64,000 nucleotides of DNA from Hydrolagus colliei (Eukaryota), in NCBI GenBank assembly GCA_035084275.1, contig CM068755.1:11532001-11596000 (forward strand), written 5' to 3'. The translations under genes and the position numbers were made by a program. This document shows, in pieces, positions 42,727 to 55,599 of this stretch. The number at the start of each line of letters is the position of its first letter. Position 1 is the stretch's first letter. The notes beneath the pieces are model-generated. The model did no database searches. It was not told the origin of the DNA and saw only the letters and a list, made by a program, of their open reading frames with translations.

Positions 42727-42825
42727 TAGGAATAGGAATAAGGAGCAGGCCATTCGGCCCCTCGAGCCTGCTCCGCCATTGAAAAAGATCATGGCTGATC
42801 TAAATCTAACTTCATCTTCAATCTA
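42727..42825 (-). mobile_element. CR1 3' end fragment
   Basis: ggagcaggccattcggcccctcgagcctgctccgccattgaaaaagatcatggctgatc is the reverse complement of the 18345-18540 tail. Similar remnants at about 39518-39600 and 56660-56755 (-). Confidence 0.78.
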
Positions 42826-43854
42826 GCTCCAGGCTTTTGGGGTGGAGTTAGATTGAAATTCTGTTTTCACCCATCCTTGCGGTTACCATCCTGGTAACCC
42901 AGTGTGAGTCATGTGAGATAATCTCATAATTATAAAATAAAACCATGAGATTTGGAGAATTATATTTTTTGAACAAGTGAGCACTGAGTGAGTTCTTGTT
43001 GGATGAGTTGCCAAAGGCACATTATCTGCGTTCCAGCATCCAAATACCACAGTGACGAAGAAGGGTTTGTCTTAACGCACAAGCCTATCAGAGGATGTTG
43101 GAAATAGGCTTTATTTTTCTCATTTTCATGCAAAGTCTAGCACTGAGGTGTGGACTTCCGCTAGAGTATAGTCAGATAATTATAGTCTGACCCTCCAATA
43201 CTACACTTGAGTGCTAAATAAGTCCACTATTTAAATGAATGATTGGCATACTTTGCCCATCTTGGCATGTGATGACTCTGGTCATCATACGTTCTACAAC
43301 ACAGTTTTTTTTTACATATGGAAACAGAAGTTTTTCCCACTCCCTTTCCCCCCCTCAAGACATTGCATTGGAAGTAATGTTTTGGAACAAGGCAGAATTC
43401 TATGCCAATAGGCAAATAAGGCTGAGGCCATTCAATTCCAACTGAGACAAGGGCAAGCAATCACTTTTCAGTGCAAACAAGTGTCTGCCATATCGGTTAA
43501 ACGCAGGATGCAGTAGCAAGTCACAATAGGGTGCTATTTTACCAAAAGCTTGGGAAACAGCTCTCTTTAGAAAAGGGCAATTCGGAAAATAAAAAGAAAA
43601 TATTAAATATATTATAGCCAGAGCTCAACGGTGGCCATTTGATGTAGCATCTTTCACGTCAGGAGGATGTTGCTGAATGATTCACAGGATTCATTGTAAA
43701 GTGTAGTGACTGTGTGTTTTGTAGACCAATGTGGCAGTCAACTTGGACAACAATAATGTCCCACAAACAATCTCAAAATGAATGATAAATAGTATTTCGG
43801 GGATTGTTGGCCATAACAATGGAAGAAACTTCCGTTATCATTTCTGAAACCACC

Positions 43855-44105
43855 AGCGGGCAAGCTTCAGCCACACTGCCACCAAACTTTGAAATTCCAT
43901 CCCACAATCCCTCCACCTCACCCACTGCCTTGCATCCTTGAACTCCCACCTCAAAAATCCTCTTCTTCGACTGTGCCATCGGTCAGCCCCTTCCCTTCTC
44001 TCCACCCTCCTCAATCCTGAACCTGTCTCGGGTTCGAAACACTCGCTGTACAGCGCTTTGGAACATCCTCCTGACATGAATGGCGCTATACAAATTTTAT
44101 TTTAT
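43855..44105 (+). mobile_element. L2 3' end fragment
   Basis: gcgggcaagcttcagccacactgccaccaaactttgaaattccatccc (GRAFS...PxLWNSIP-like) and ctcaaaaatcctcttcttcgactgtgcc. Tail agcgctttggaacatcctcctgacatgaatggcgctatacaaat. Confidence 0.8.
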
Positions 44106-45723
44106 ATAATAATAATCCTTACATTTATATAGCGCTTTCCACGTCTTATCAATGTCTCAATTTTGATGTTGTTAATGAAATAACTCCTATCTAAACTAAC
44201 GTTTTAATATACGTTGCAGACTTTTATTATTGCTCCTTAATACATATCACAAGATTCAGCTTTTTAATAATCCTTGTAATTCATATAGAGCCTCATCTGT
44301 ATGAATATTGAAACACCTCAAAGCACTTCACAAGATTTTAACCGTAAAGCGAATAGTAGTGACTGCATTTTGCAGAAAACAATTTCCTTTTATTTATTCA
44401 TGACAGTCTTAATATTATGCATTAAAAGAAATCTCTGGAGCTTACAATAATGGTTTATATTAGAGCCACATTTCAATAAATGCATCAGTTTTTTTTTTAA
44501 AAAGCCACTATATACGTAGCATAATGCTCGACTATGGCAATTTTTTTTTACAAACTTAATCCAACCTCTTAACTGTTATTTCAGACTACTGTTTGGACTT
44601 CTAAGCTTTGCCTTATGACCGCTGAACATGTGACACTGACCCGACACTTACTGGACCTCTGGGACTTACAAAATAAATTAAGATTTAACTCAGGGCATAG
44701 ACTTGGCTCAGCTTTCCGTTTCAGCATAGATGAGATTCCTTTCTGCAGTAAACAGCTGAATTTTGAAGCACAAATGCATTTTGCTACAGAATGTTCCTTT
44801 TTGTATCACAAATAATTTTTACAACAGTATATTGCACATTCTTCCACATATTGAAGATAAATACTTTGTTGAAGGGTAGTTTATTTCGGCGTCGTTTGGA
44901 TACTATCTCCCAGACGTTGCACTTTTCTCCGTAGCACTGAGGATGATGAACTTCTCAACTTGTCCAAAGCAAACAGTGTCTACAATTTTTTAACAAATTC
45001 AACGTCAAATGTACAAACTTTGTTCTACACAAAGCTAGCTCTATCGTGTCATTCTGGGAATACGTGCCATTCACAATGCACTGGTATTTTGTCTTTTGTA
45101 TCTAAAGAATGATCACTACTAGAGTTCAAATGACTTCACCAGTCTCAAGTTATTTTTATTCAGTATGCACACCCAGCATTCAGATTAACTTGTGTTTGGT
45201 TCAGTCCATCAGCATTACTTCTGACATTGCTCGGGCATTTGGCAAATATAAAAATGAGTCAGTTTCATTGCTTTCCACTGATCAGTGTTTATTTAAGGTA
45301 GGTTTGTGACCCATTCTATCAGGTCTTCTGCAGTCACTACAAACCAACCTATTTTAATGTGATAGGCTATCATTGTACATCCTATCACTAACTATTTTTG
45401 CTGGCTTTAGAAGGAGATAATAATCTTGAAATTTGCCAGGAGGACATCTCAAAGTGTTTCACATGATATACTGTAAAAGTTTGTCTTTCTCAAGAAACAG
45501 CAACTGATAAAATAATTTTGATAAAAATTTCGCCCACAAAATACACAATCGATTCACCTTACAGTAGATTCTGTGGAGCACTTTGAGATATCCAGAAGAC
45601 CTGAAAAGTGCCATATCAAATGCAAGGATTATTCTCATTACTATATTTCAAATATTTGTATACTTTAAAATGTCGGAAGCTTGAAGAGATATATGCCTGA
45701 ATTTCCACAAAAATACATAACAT

Positions 45724-46037
45724 GGAGTCCTGTGGCTCAGTGGTTAGAGCACTCACCTTACAAGCGAGAGGCCTGGGTTCAATTCCAGGCAGGGCAAAAC
45801 CATGGGCAAGTTTCCTTATTCCACATGCCTGATAATAATCCCTCGAAAATAGAAACAATAATAAATTGCTCACTTAAATCCGCAACTATTTGTGGGACAC
45901 TGCTGTGTACAATTGGCTGCTGCGTTTCACCCACAAAGAGTTAATTAACTTTACAATATACTTTATGAAACGCTTTGAGACATCTAGAAGATGTGAAAAA
46001 TGCCATATCAAATCCAAGGATTATTATTATTATTATT
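45724..46037 (+). mobile_element. Full-length tRNA(Ala-like)-derived SINE with L2-type 3' tail (resembles the elephant-shark SINE2 family)
   Basis: Head GGAGTCCTGTGGCTCAGTGGTTAGAGC (A box) and GGGTTCAATTCC (B box). Body gggcaagtttcctta...tttgtgggacactgctgtg, tail gctttgagacatctagaagatgtgaaaa...(TTA)n. Many copies in the window. Confidence 0.88.
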
Positions 46038-47381
46038 ACTGTATATACCAAATGCTTGCAGTCAAATATAATACAATTATTTAATTCAAAGACTATATGA
46101 TGAATTATACACAATAGCATTTGAATATTTTAAAGTAGCCAAGATGAACTACAGTATTAACAAAATGTCATGTTGATCAAAACGTGATTTTATTCTAACT
46201 TGATTCCAGCCCATCTCATTTCACATACTTTCCAGAAAATTAATATTTGGTAGTTCAGCACCTAATACAGTGAGTGTCTCTACTTTGTGGATGTTATGTC
46301 TGTGAAAACTGCACTTATGTTAGGATTATTTTCTAGCAATTTTACATCTCTAACTACTGTACTAAAATATTTTGTGAAATAGCACTTGTGATTTTAAACA
46401 CCTATTGTTCTCGCTTAACAATGGCCTTTCAGCTATTTACTCCGCCACTGATCATACATTTGACACATGGCCAGATAATTTCACAATAATAAGAAATAAA
46501 AAAAACTATCTGGTGTATATATAAAATATCTAATGTAAACAAGAGACAAATTACAGATATGTGAGGCATTGGAATTTGTACTGATCTTATTTATCTATTT
46601 CTTGGACAAAGGCAACTCAGAACCAAATACTGTACACATCAACATTTGCTATTGTTCTAAATTGATATATTATGGTTACTTTCTCCAGGGGGAAAAAATA
46701 ACTTTCCATGGCAAAATGCTTGTGAATTTATGTCTCTCTTTCGTCCATAACAATCATTGTGCAGTTTTTTGTTATCAAGGGTCAATCTGTCGGTTTCAAT
46801 TTTGTTGTTTTCACATTTACTCTCTCACCCTTCCTACCCGATGAGCCAATTCAGTTCCCCCCTATCAAGTTTTGTTTCCCCAAGCATTGGCCTGTGATTT
46901 TCTACCTCCCAGCTTCAATGTCTGCACAAGACCCCACCTTGTGTGTCTCTCCCAACACTACCTTTCCTCAGCTGCTCTTTTTGCTAGCTTGCACAAGACA
47001 AAAAGACAACATGTTATGTAACTACTTCATCAGCCAAAAAAATACTGGAATGAGAAAAGCCATGTCAAACTGATATGCTATAAATTTTCCATATACCATC
47101 TGTTTGTTTCAGTCTCATCCAGGCCCCTTTTTAAAATTAGATTTACAAGGCTTACTGCATGTATTCCTTAATAGAAAACATCTCCCCAACATCTATATAC
47201 ATTTGTATTGATTTTACACTGATATGACATTTTCAACAAAACAGTTGTCTGCTCCTATTCCAGGAAATTATAGGAACTTGGGAGCTACTGAATGACTTAA
47301 TCAATGGTATATGTGAGACTTAGAATTCATTATTAACTTAGCTCAGGCAACCTACACAGCAGTTCTTAATGGTGCACTTTA

Positions 47382-48400
47382 CATGGGGTAAATTTCCACA
47401 TGTATGAGGATGACACCCAACTCCACCGTTCCGCTTCCACCCTCGACTCCAGGTATACTGGTGTTCTGACAGTGTGTCTGTCCGACATTGAGTCCTGGAC
47501 GAGGGACAACTTTCTCCAACTAAACGTCAATAAGACGGAGGTCCTCCTGATTGGCTTGCATCAGCGCCTCAGCACCTCAGGCATTGGCAACATCAGCATT
47601 CAAGGCTGCACTCTCCACCTCTCGAAGCCAGTCAGGAATTTGGGCGTCTTGTTCGACCTCAAACTATCATTCCTCCCCAAATTCGCGCCATGACGGTACA
47701 GCCTTCCACCACCTCCGCAACATTGCTAGACTCCGTCACTACCTCACTCCCCCAAGCTGCTGAAACACTCATCCACGCTTTCATCACATTTAGGCTCGAC
47801 TGTAGCAACTCTCTCCTCGTCGACCTTCCCAGCTCCTCCCTTCACAAGCTGCAGAGTTCTGAATAATCTCTGCAGCTCGTGTACTCTTGCGCACTAGGCT
47901 CTGCGACCACATGACTCCAACTCTCGCCCGTCTGCACTGGCTCCACATCTCCCAGAGGGTCGAATTCAAGATCCATGTCCTCACTTTCAAGGCCATTCAT
48001 GGCCTTGCCCCTGCCTATCTCTCTGACCTACTGTCTCCTTGTCAGCCTACCTGTCCCCTCCGTTCAGCAGGCATTGGCCTGCTCCATGTCCCCTGCCCGA
48101 ACCATGCTACTATCAGTGGCCGGGCTTTCAGCCTCTCTGCCCCCACACTCTGGAACTCCATCCCGCAATCCCTTTGCCTCGCTTCCTCCCTTTCCTCCTT
48201 TATGACCGGTCTCAAAACCTTCCTCTTCGACTGTGCCTTCTGTTCCCCTCCTAACTCTACCCCCTCTCCTACTCTCCTTCCCTCTACCCCGACCTCCCCC
48301 CACCACACCCGATTGGGTCCTGACCTTACTGTTGAGCGCCTTGGGACGTCCTCCCGAGGTGAAAGGTGCTCTATAAATGTAATTTTATTGTTGTCGGTTG
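47382..48400 (+). mobile_element. 5'-truncated LINE-2 (L2) element: RT C-terminal half plus 3' UTR and tail, frameshifted
   Basis: HGVNFHMYEDDTQL (YADD motif decayed to YEDD), WTRDNFLQLNVNKTEVLLIG, VRNLGVLFD, HLRNIARLR, HAFITFRLD, TPTLARLHWL...RVEFKI, GRAFSLSAPTLWNSIP, LKTFLF. Tail gcgccttgggacgtcc...ctataaatgtaattttattgttg. Confidence 0.92.
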
Positions 48401-48967
48401 TTTTCAAAAGTAAACTAGTTGCAAGAATTTAAACACATTAGGGCAAAAAATGTACGTAATATTGAATGTAACTGAGTTTGAACTTGTAAATGTTGCATTT
48501 CAATTACAAAAACCAATACAGATTGTGGCTGAACAATTACCTCAGGCTCACAAAATTACGTTTCACTTTCTGTTATCCTTCTCCAATCACTCCTGAATTT
48601 TGCCAAGTAAAATCATTTGTCATATCAGAACGCTACTTCCCTACAAAGGCTGGAATTTTGAACCTGGCAGACAGCATTGAGAGCGTATAATCATATAGAG
48701 GCTGTTGTTTAGCTCTCTTGAAAGTTTCCCGCATCTGACTATAAAATCAACACATTTTAAACATCACAAACTTTTTGGAAATGAACCAAAATAACAATTA
48801 AATTCAAAGTTACATCTCCGAACTCTGCAATCAGCGAAAATCTAATTTGAATGTCAGCCAGAGGTTCGTCCTAAAGGATGTGCTTTGCAATAAAAAACAT
48901 GTTGGATCCCAAACCACAGCATTATATACATTTAAGTCTTCATTCATCGACACACCTAGTTGCTGAT

Positions 48968-49240
48968 CTGAGCTGTGCCATTGTGCGGAGGGTCCAATGA
49001 GACATTAAACCAAGGTTCCATAAGCCTGTTCAGGTGGACATTGAAGATCCCATGGCACTATTCAAAGAGAGAAGGGAGTTTCTCCCAGTGTCCTGGCCAG
49101 CAATCATGTTTGTGGCACATTGCTGTATGAAAATTAGTTGCATATTTGCCTACAAAATCGACGGTATAGCAAATCTTATGAAGCACTTCAAGACATCCTC
49201 CAAAAGTGAAAGGTGCTATATGAAGTGTAAGGATTATTAG
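48968..49240 (+). mobile_element. Deu-domain SINE (AmnSINE1/SacSINE1-like) with L2-type tail
   Basis: atgagacattaaaccaagg...caggtggacattgaagatcccatggcactattcaaagagagaagggagtttctcccagtgtcctggccagca matches the recalled Deu-domain consensus. Confidence 0.75.
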
Positions 49241-51141
49241 ATTCACAAGTGCCTAAAAAGAAACAGAAGAGTTAGGTCAAAAATTGAGAAGGTATTCGGT
49301 GGGGTACCTCAGAGGTTTGCACTGAGTACTTCTCTGCTGCTTGTTATAGACTAATGACCTAGATTTGCAGACAAATGTGGTAGTTAGATTTACAGATACC
49401 ACCAGATTTGGGAACTATGGAATCAGAAGAGACAGCAACGATCTCAAAACTGGAGACTGATAGGGTGTGGACATTTTCTAATGACCGACACTGAAGTTCC
49501 ATTACTGATAAAACATCAAAACTCACAAAAATCATCGAAACCGTTGGAAAACAGCAATCGGTAAATGCAAGATAGCAGATGCTCAGCGCCTTGGGACGTC
49601 CTTCTGATGTGAAAGGCGCTCTATAAATGTGATTTTGTTGTTGTCGTTGTTGCTTCCAAACAGCTGAGAGACTCCTTGGACCTGTTAGATCATCAGCAGG
49701 AAATTTACGTTTACTACAAAATTGTGCTTCACGATTCTGACCGTTTCTCGCTGGCCCTGCAAAACCAATAGCTTTTACAATTACCACACATTGGGGTTGA
49801 TATTGATACTTCACAGCATAGCAACCTGATGATACATGTCCGAGGAAAGACTGGTCATGTCTCCTCCCTCCGGATCCACACATCTATGAGAACTTCTTAA
49901 ATGTGAACAGAAAACTGCATACAAGTTTGCTCTCACCAGTTCCTTTTGTAGTAGGGGCTGCCATGAAGTTTATGACCACACTGCAGTAAATTAACACAGC
50001 TTTAGAGTTTCTGCCAAATCAATTATTCTGCCACTACAGAAACACACTGGCCATCAATCAATCAGATCATGTGCAACTGTGACCTGCACTTATTTCAATT
50101 GGAATCAAAACGCCATCAAGTGACCAACAGAAACTAATTTAGGTCAGTCAGCAACAGGAAAGATATTTCAAAGCAGCCCAACATGACTCATGTTTACCCT
50201 AAACAGGCAAAAGCTACCATGCTGTTTAGCGACACATCTTCCTTGTTAAACTCGATTAAAAAAAAATTAAATCGAATTAATTCGACAAATTTAGCATAAC
50301 AAACATATCCGAGTCTACTGTATGCTCAGCTGGTTGCAATTTTTCCCTATGTTGAGCAGCTTTAGATCTGCCTCAGACTGGTGCAAAGTACCAACTTGTA
50401 CAGAACCAATCCAGAATGCAAAACGTTTGCACTCTCCAACCTCCATCACCAGAGTAGCTTAGATGTGAAGCAGAGGCTCATAACAGTGCGACTGGCAAAC
50501 AAGGATTTTTTTTGAAAAAAAATAAGCTAGAGGCAGAAGCAGTTTGCACAAAAATGTACTTTACCAATTTTTTTTCAGTGACATGGTTTATTGAATAGTC
50601 ATTTAACAGCTTTTAGGATATTTAATAATTGACATATTAATGGGCAGATGTCAAGTTTGCAAGACAGTAATAGTAACAAACATACACTTTACAGAAAGAA
50701 ACTCATTAAAGCCCTTTGAGATGTTTGGCATTATAGGCGCTATATCAAATGCAAGATTATTAGCAGTATTAATAACCGAGTATATAAAAGACTGAACGAT
50801 TCATAACTATTATCTGAACCACAAGATGAGATAAACAGCTTGAAATCACTCCAAGTTTTTTTTTCATATCTACTGTGAACTGTACTGGATGATTTTATTC
50901 AGTTTCAAATGTTTTTGGGGGGCCAACAACCTCTCTCTGTGTTGATATCAATGGATTGTGAGTTGCAGTGAGATACTGCAGGTTTAACCAATAAATAATA
51001 TATACAGTACAACTAAATTTTTAAAAAAGTTCCAAATCTACATTTTATAGTATGGAAATACTCGACAAGTTAGCTTAATTTAACCCCCCCACCCCCCCCC
51101 CCCCCCCCCCCCATATAATAAACAAAAGATAAATCTCCTAC

Positions 51142-51201
51142 CTGCAAAACAACACAAAACCACACGACAAAGGCAGAGATGAAATTTTCCTTAATCAGCA
51201 T
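51142..51201 (-). CDS. ADAMTSL3: ADAMTS-like protein 3 (punctin-2), first coding exon (whole exon 51142-51237); signal peptide MLIKENFISAFVVWFCVVLQ
   Basis: Minus-strand exon with a polypyrimidine acceptor (cctttctttcccccccatctttcctttcgcag|GGTTC, exon start 51237) and donor CAG|GTAGGA (exon end 51142). ATG at 51201 gives 20 hydrophobic codons ending in phase 0, which splice in frame to the 32195-32314 exon. The joined N-terminus MLIKENFISAFVVWFCVVLQGHG-EQSQ looks like a signal peptide. Confidence 0.8.
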
Positions 51202-51895
51202 CACGTCCGGAATTCAGTTGTTAAACTGCTTTGAACCCTGCGAAAGGAAAGATGGGGGGGAAAGAAAGGTGATAAGGACTTAAATTTTTTAAAAAAGCAA
51301 ATAAGTACGCAAAACAAGAAATAACCGAGGCTTTTTAACTCTATCTATCTATCTATTTATCTATAAACATTTTAAAAATTCCAAACCCTGGATCAGGTGC
51401 AAGCAGAAACAGTTAAGATTTTCAGACTTCATAGAAGCATGTGGGTCATAAAAAGGTCCTATAAAGTTACCAACGGGGCGAATGAAGTTAACGTAGCAGG
51501 AATTCCCTTCCCTTTCGCTCTCGGAAAGTATCTGACAAGGTTTGACTCTCGCACAGGGCAGAAATCAGGTTGTGAAACTGTTTTCCAAGTGACACCGGTG
51601 AGTGAGCTCGCCAGGAATCCCTCCCTCTCTCTCTATCTCTCTATCTCTTCACGCCTCATAAACTGGTCGATTGGTTTCCCAGCCTGAATTCTGTCCATTG
51701 CACACACACAAATATGCAACCGATTCAATGGGACCGCACATGTGATGAGACCCTAGTGTCAACCAGCCAACGGTAGTGCGTCAATACATTCTGTAATAAA
51801 ACAATTCTCTCTCTCTCTCCCCCCCCCCCCCCCACTCCCCAGCAAAAAAACCACACAACTTGAAAGCCCTTTTAAAAGCGACTCACAGTCCTTTA

Positions 51896-51921
51896 GGGGG
51901 GGGGGGGGGGGGGGGGGGGGG
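51896..51921. repeat. Poly-G tract; related G/C tracts at 51085-51112, 51819-51840, 52026-52049 and 52117-52149
   Basis: Directly visible homopolymer runs. Confidence 0.9.
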
Positions 51922-52187
51922 TTATTCCACCGCCTGCAATGACAATGATACTTCCCAAAGATTCTCTCTCCTCCTGTCCCACTGTATCCTCCTGTCTGAT
52001 TCCACACTGTGGGCAACACATCTTTCCCCCCACCCCCCCCCCCCCCACCTCGCACTGTCAGTGGGATTGTCTTCTAATAATAACACGACTTTGTTATTAG
52101 CAGCTTTCCATGGTGAGGGGGTGGGGGGGGGGGGGGGAGGGGGGGAGGGTGAGCTTCTGGAGAAAATAAACTTGCAAAAGACTTGAC

Positions 52188-52350
52188 CTTTAAATTGCTT
52201 TGCTGCAAAATCCGCGATGGGTCCTCAACGCCAGTGGGCTTCAGTGTGTGTGTGTGTGTGTGTCGTTTGCAGAGTTGATCGTGGACTGTGGGTGGATGGT
52301 TTGGGTGTGGGTGTTGCTGGCTGCTGAGAGCGAGCCAGACCTCTCCTCCT
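52188..52350 (-). other. ADAMTSL3: Probable non-coding first exon (5' UTR) of ADAMTSL3; 5' boundary approximate
   Basis: GC/CpG-richer segment with no ATG on the minus strand. It ends in a donor-like AAAG|GTCAAG at 52188/52187, about 950 bp upstream of the ATG exon, whose strong acceptor requires an upstream exon. Confidence 0.5.
52244..52263. repeat. (GT)n microsatellite within the putative first exon
   Basis: gtgtgtgtgtgtgtgtgtgt. Confidence 0.9.
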
Positions 52351-52717
52351 TCCTTCCCACCCACCCCCTGCCTCCCTCTCCCTCCCTCCCTCCTTCCCTC
52401 CAGCTCCGATATAACTTGAGAAAGTATAAGGCGAGTCTCAGTGTTTTTTTCCCCCCCCCCAGGCAAAGAGCTGAAGGAGACTGTACTGTACATTACTGTG
52501 TTTCAATATTCTGATCAGCAACCACTACAAAGCAACTTTCGCGTCTCCTTTCTTTCACAGGGGCACAGTAAAAACACTCTCACATCACCAGGCATTCAAA
52601 TCAATGCTCTCTCTCTCCTCTCTCTCTCTCTCTCTTCCACCCCCTCTATCTCCAATTTTAAAAGTAGATAGATTTCTTATTTTGGACACTGCTTTGCAAC
52701 CGTGAACTTTTCTATAA

Positions 52718-52765
52718 TATATATATATATGTATATATATATGTATATATATATATATATATATA
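52718..52765. repeat. (AT)n microsatellite; (CT)n at about 52607-52635
   Basis: tatatatatatatgtatatatatatgtatatatatatatatat. Confidence 0.9.
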
Positions 52766-53859
52766 GTATCCACAGTGATTGTATTTGTTTGCTCTACACT
52801 ACAACAAAGTTTGATCCCAGGGGATTTAACTGACTCGCCTTCTCAGGTGGAAGTGGGTGAGAGAATTGAACAGATGGGGGCAGAATGATACTCGTATTTG
52901 CCCCCACTTTCCAATTAAGGTGGGAGGTGATGTATGAATTCAGGTTAACTCGTAAACAAAATGTTATTTTCCTTTTAACACCATATATCACTTTATAAGG
53001 TATAACAACACATATTTCCTCTTAGAAATATTTCCAAGAGTACTTTTTTTAATGCAATTAGTTACTGTATTCTACAAAAGTAATTAAAAATCGCCAGTTC
53101 GGTCTCATTAGTGTGCTTGGGCGCAGTAAGTTTTAAAATGATGATTAATTCTAAAACAAAATCAACCGGAATTATGTACCCTGGGTTTTTATTGTTTGAA
53201 AAACACACATTTATATGCCAACATTGTTTACATAACGTTTAAGTAATTCTTAAAAATAAGCAAAACATCTTTCATTGCCTCTGGAATTGAATTAATGGAC
53301 CTCCCACATTGGGAAATTTGGATTTGGGAATATTTTATTCCCACCTTTTATTTAAAAAAATCTGTATTATATTGCAATAAAGCTTCACGCATAAAAATAT
53401 ATATTTTTAAAAACTGGAACTGGAGTTAATTGAGAGAGCAAAAAACTTTGATACAATTCAACACTGTACAGTATCTCAACAGTAAATGCTTCCTACAGAC
53501 TGATGAACAATGTAAATATTTTTGCAAAACATACACATTACGCACCATTGGTTTACAGAAAGCATCCATTATGCACTGGTTAGAACTGACCAGTAGTTCA
53601 GTTTCAGTCAGTCCAACATGATTTATTTTGTGTAAACTTGTCACAATCTGTAGCTCCAAATCCTGATTTTATTGATAAACAGAGACTTTCTACATCGTAA
53701 AGTACAGAATCAGAAATTAGAAGATGTGTATTTTGTTTGTTTAATTGATTATGTTCATATGTATTCTACTTTTATTAATTTCATTCCTTTAACTCTCTCT
53801 GCGGTAAGAAAAAATATTGTTTGATGAGCAACTAAAGAATGGCAATGTTCCATAACAAA

Positions 53860-54055
53860 TAATAGTAATCCTATAAATTGATATCCTATCAATAAATTAG
53901 TCAGTTCATTCCACAACTGTTGTGGACACTGCTGTGCACAATTGGCTATGGCGTTTTGCCCACAAATATACAGTCAATTCACTTTACAGTATATTCTATG
54001 AAGCATTTGGAGACATGAAAAGCGCTATATCAAATGCAAGGATTATTATTATTAT
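53860..54055 (+). mobile_element. 5'-truncated SINE copy
   Basis: gtggacactgctgtgcacaattggct...cccacaaatatacagtcaattcactttacag...caaatgcaaggattattattatt. Confidence 0.8.
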
Positions 54056-54999
54056 CCTCACATTTGACAGAGTGCCTTTTATTGGCAAAATATATATAAA
54101 TCTTGCATAGCATATCAATCCTATCTACGCCCTCCTACTCTCGTTAAATCCTAAAATAGATTATATTTGGCACTTAACAATAACTTGTATTTACTATATA
54201 TACATTGAGACGTCCTGTAAACTCTTTCCAATCGTGTATTTGTCAAACATTATTGTAAATATTAAAGTGAAATCAGTTTAAGATCATTAAACCTTCGAGT
54301 ACTGAGTGAAGGAATTTGATTGCGTCCCTTCAACTACTCAACAATATCATGGTGGTGGGAGATCTCAGTGCTTTTCAGATTGAGTAACTAAGATGAAAAA
54401 CCAATAGTACTGGAGCCCCTTCAGGGCAAGAGATTGTTAATATTTAATTTCCTGGGAGTGTACAACTTAAAATCTTTGCACATTTTCTTCAAATACTTTA
54501 ACAGGACTGTTTCACCCACAAAATATACAGTCAATTATCATTACAGTATGTTCTGTGAAACGCTTTGAGAGTCTCGAAGATGTGATAAGACTCTGAATCA
54601 AATCAAGGATTATTATTAACAGGAACATTGGTGATGAAGCATAACTTGTCTTATTTTCACTTGGCCTCCTATTCACCTTTGCTTCAGTTTGCTTTAGTCC
54701 TAGTGGGGCAAGCAGCAATAAGCTTGACAGAAAGTGCTCTCAATTCTAAAGCGATGTGATTTTAAGCTTGTTAAAACTTCAAGCAGGCTGGGGTCCCTCA
54801 AGCCTATACCTTTGCATACAGTGTCTCATAGGCTTCAGAATCAAGCAAGCAGGGTGTGGGGAAGTGTGCCTTCCAATCCAGACACAGGAAATGTCCACCT
54901 ATAGAATGTGTGCGGGTATGTGATATTCTCTTAAACCGTGGGATGTGTCTCATTCCGTATCAGACTGAAACAAAAAAGCCTTTTAAAAATGGTTGGAAT

Positions 55000-55130
55000 T
55001 CATTTGCACACACACAAACACACACACACACAAGAAAAGGTCTGAAGATTAATCTTGCTAGAACGAAACTCTTTATTTTGTTCTTGCCCCCCCACACACA
55101 CACACATAAACACAAACACACACACAGAAA
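55000..55130. repeat. Imperfect (CA)n microsatellites
   Basis: cacacacacaaacacacacacacac; cacacacacacacataaacacaaacacacacac. Confidence 0.8.
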
Positions 55131-55599
55131 ATGAATAGAATTAGTCCAAAGTCAACACTGAATACATCAGACTAGGAATCCCACCAACTCGAATCAAACC
55201 TCCACCAGTATCCCCTGAGCGCCCTCTGTCGAATCACTTGGAGCTGAACTGCTCACGATTTATTTTGGGGAAGGGAATTTAACTTGTCGCAATTGATTAA
55301 CCTCTCGTCCCATTTTAAATCAATGGGGCAATATATATATACATAATAATGTGTGTATATACACACACACAAACGCGATGATAGCGAGGTCTGTTGTTGT
55401 GAGTCACTGTGAGAGTGATGAATATTCTCTTTTATTCACTGGCAAAAATAAAAATACAATCCGATCTTTGTTTGTTTTTTGGGGTGGGGGAGGAGGAGGC
55501 GGGGTTGAAATCGGCACCTGTTCCAAGAGTGGGTTCCACCAAATTCATTCGGTTTCTGTGGTTTCAAACTGAACGTTGTTTCATGACTTGAGCAGAGAA

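Larger units (their letters stand above)
51600..52640. promoter_or_regulatory. ADAMTSL3 promoter-proximal region rich in GC, CpG and G/C tracts
   Basis: CpG and GC are raised relative to flanks, with polypurine/polypyrimidine runs (52340-52400) and long G/C homopolymers around the putative first exon. Confidence 0.5.

Noticed and set aside
45724-45795. tRNA gene-like sequence
   Set aside because: It is a SINE head: no acceptor-stem closure, followed by the SINE body and tail, and multicopy in the window.
50245-50290. Palindromic tcgattaaaaaaaaattaaatcgaattaattcga resembling a hAT-MITE subterminal motif
   Set aside because: Too short, and no matching terminal repeat or target-site duplication was found.
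51759-52514. Poly-Gly and poly-Pro ORFs
   Set aside because: These are translations of G/C homopolymer runs and microsatellites in the promoter and intron.
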